From the NCBI GenBank assembly GCA_028826165.1, contig JAPDFW010000126.1, positions 62,001 to 126,000 of the forward strand: 64,000 nucleotides of DNA. Direction: 5' to 3'. The translations under genes were made by a program, and so were the position numbers. Of the stretch, positions 63,293-64,000 are shown in pieces (the first letter of the stretch is position 1; every line of letters begins with the position of its first letter). Origin of the DNA: Anaeramoeba ignava BMAN. Its lineage: Eukaryota > Protista > Anaeramoebae. Under the pieces are notes generated by a model. That model was not told the origin of the DNA and did not search any database. It saw only the letters and a list, made by a program, of their open reading frames with translations.

Positions 63293-63303
63293 AAAATATA
63301 AAA

Positions 63304-64000
63304 ATGTATAATATTCAAACTCAATTTGATCCTCGTGAACTTGATTTTCAAGCTCAAAATGAATTAATTTCAATTATTCCAAATTTTGAATCAAAACAAT
63401 TAAAATTTATTCAAGTAAAAAACAAAAGAAAATTTTAAAAGAAAAACTTGAAAGAAAAAGAAATTTTTTTATATAAAATTTTCTCAATTAAATAAAATTT
63501 GTTAAGGGAACATTTGGTCCATTTATTCCTTCTGTTCCTTGTAATGTTCCTTTATGGATGGCTCTTTCTCTTAAAAAACAACAAAAATGTCAAATTAAAC
63601 CTCCTTTATGGCTTGATGTTCAAAAATTAACTCATAAACTTAAAGAAGAAAATGAAAATGAACAAATTACAACAATTCATAAACATTTTATGGAAATTTC
63701 TCTTCAATTATTAACTTAGTATCAAGAATTAAAAATTAAAATTAAAATTAAAAATTAAAATTAAAATTAAAATTCAAATTAAAATCAAAATTAAAATCAA
63801 AATTAAAATTCATTATAAAAATTAAAATTAAAATTAAAATAAAAATTAAAATAAAAATTAAAATTAAAATTAAAATTATAATTAAAATTAAAATTAAAAT
63901 TATAATTAAAATTAAAATTAAAATTAAAAAGTGCTTCTGATGATTTACAAAATCCTGAAGAAATTAGATCTTTAATTGAAGATATTTGGAATATTAGACT
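63304..64000 (+). CDS. PSF2: GINS complex subunit Psf2 (3' partial)
   Basis: Exons 63304-63414, 63507-63718 and 63932->end: ELISIIPNF...GTFGPFIPSVPCNVPLWMALSLKKQQKCQIKPPLWL...HFMEIS...ASDDLQNPEEIRSLIEDIWNIR. Confidence 0.93.

Overview
Extremely AT-rich, intron-containing eukaryotic DNA from an anaerobic protist. GT-AG introns are inflated by microsatellites, proteins carry N/Q/E/K low-complexity tracts, and a [FeFe]-hydrogenase-family gene is present. The style resembles the metamonad Anaeramoeba, but that is inference. About 15 densely packed protein genes: a partial low-complexity ORF, MON1, a repeat+BTB+armadillo protein, a USP36/42-like DUB, SMC6, a KCTD-type BTB protein, a PAS-GAF protein, an ACAP-type ArfGAP, LAMTOR3, a NEK kinase, an unknown protein, a WD40-[FeFe]-hydrogenase-flavodoxin fusion, a giant RNF213-like gene, EPG5 and PSF2 (partial). 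The top finding is the ~1115-aa fusion of ~8 WD40 repeats, Fe-S ferredoxin domains, an H-domain and a flavodoxin. It keeps the Fe-S cysteines but has lost the proton-transfer and 2Fe-binding residues, suggesting a non-catalytic sensor or scaffold. Other highlights: a probably bacterially derived GAF domain on a myristoylated PAS protein, two further apparent pseudo-enzymes (USP Cys->Ser; RNF213-like with degenerate RZ finger and AAA motifs), a one-exon-per-ARM-repeat gene, a 154-bp satellite, G-free giant introns and a recurrent TTTCATTT initiator-like motif. Several frameshifts in conserved genes are most likely homopolymer assembly errors. All family assignments come from motif recognition by eye; no database search was run.
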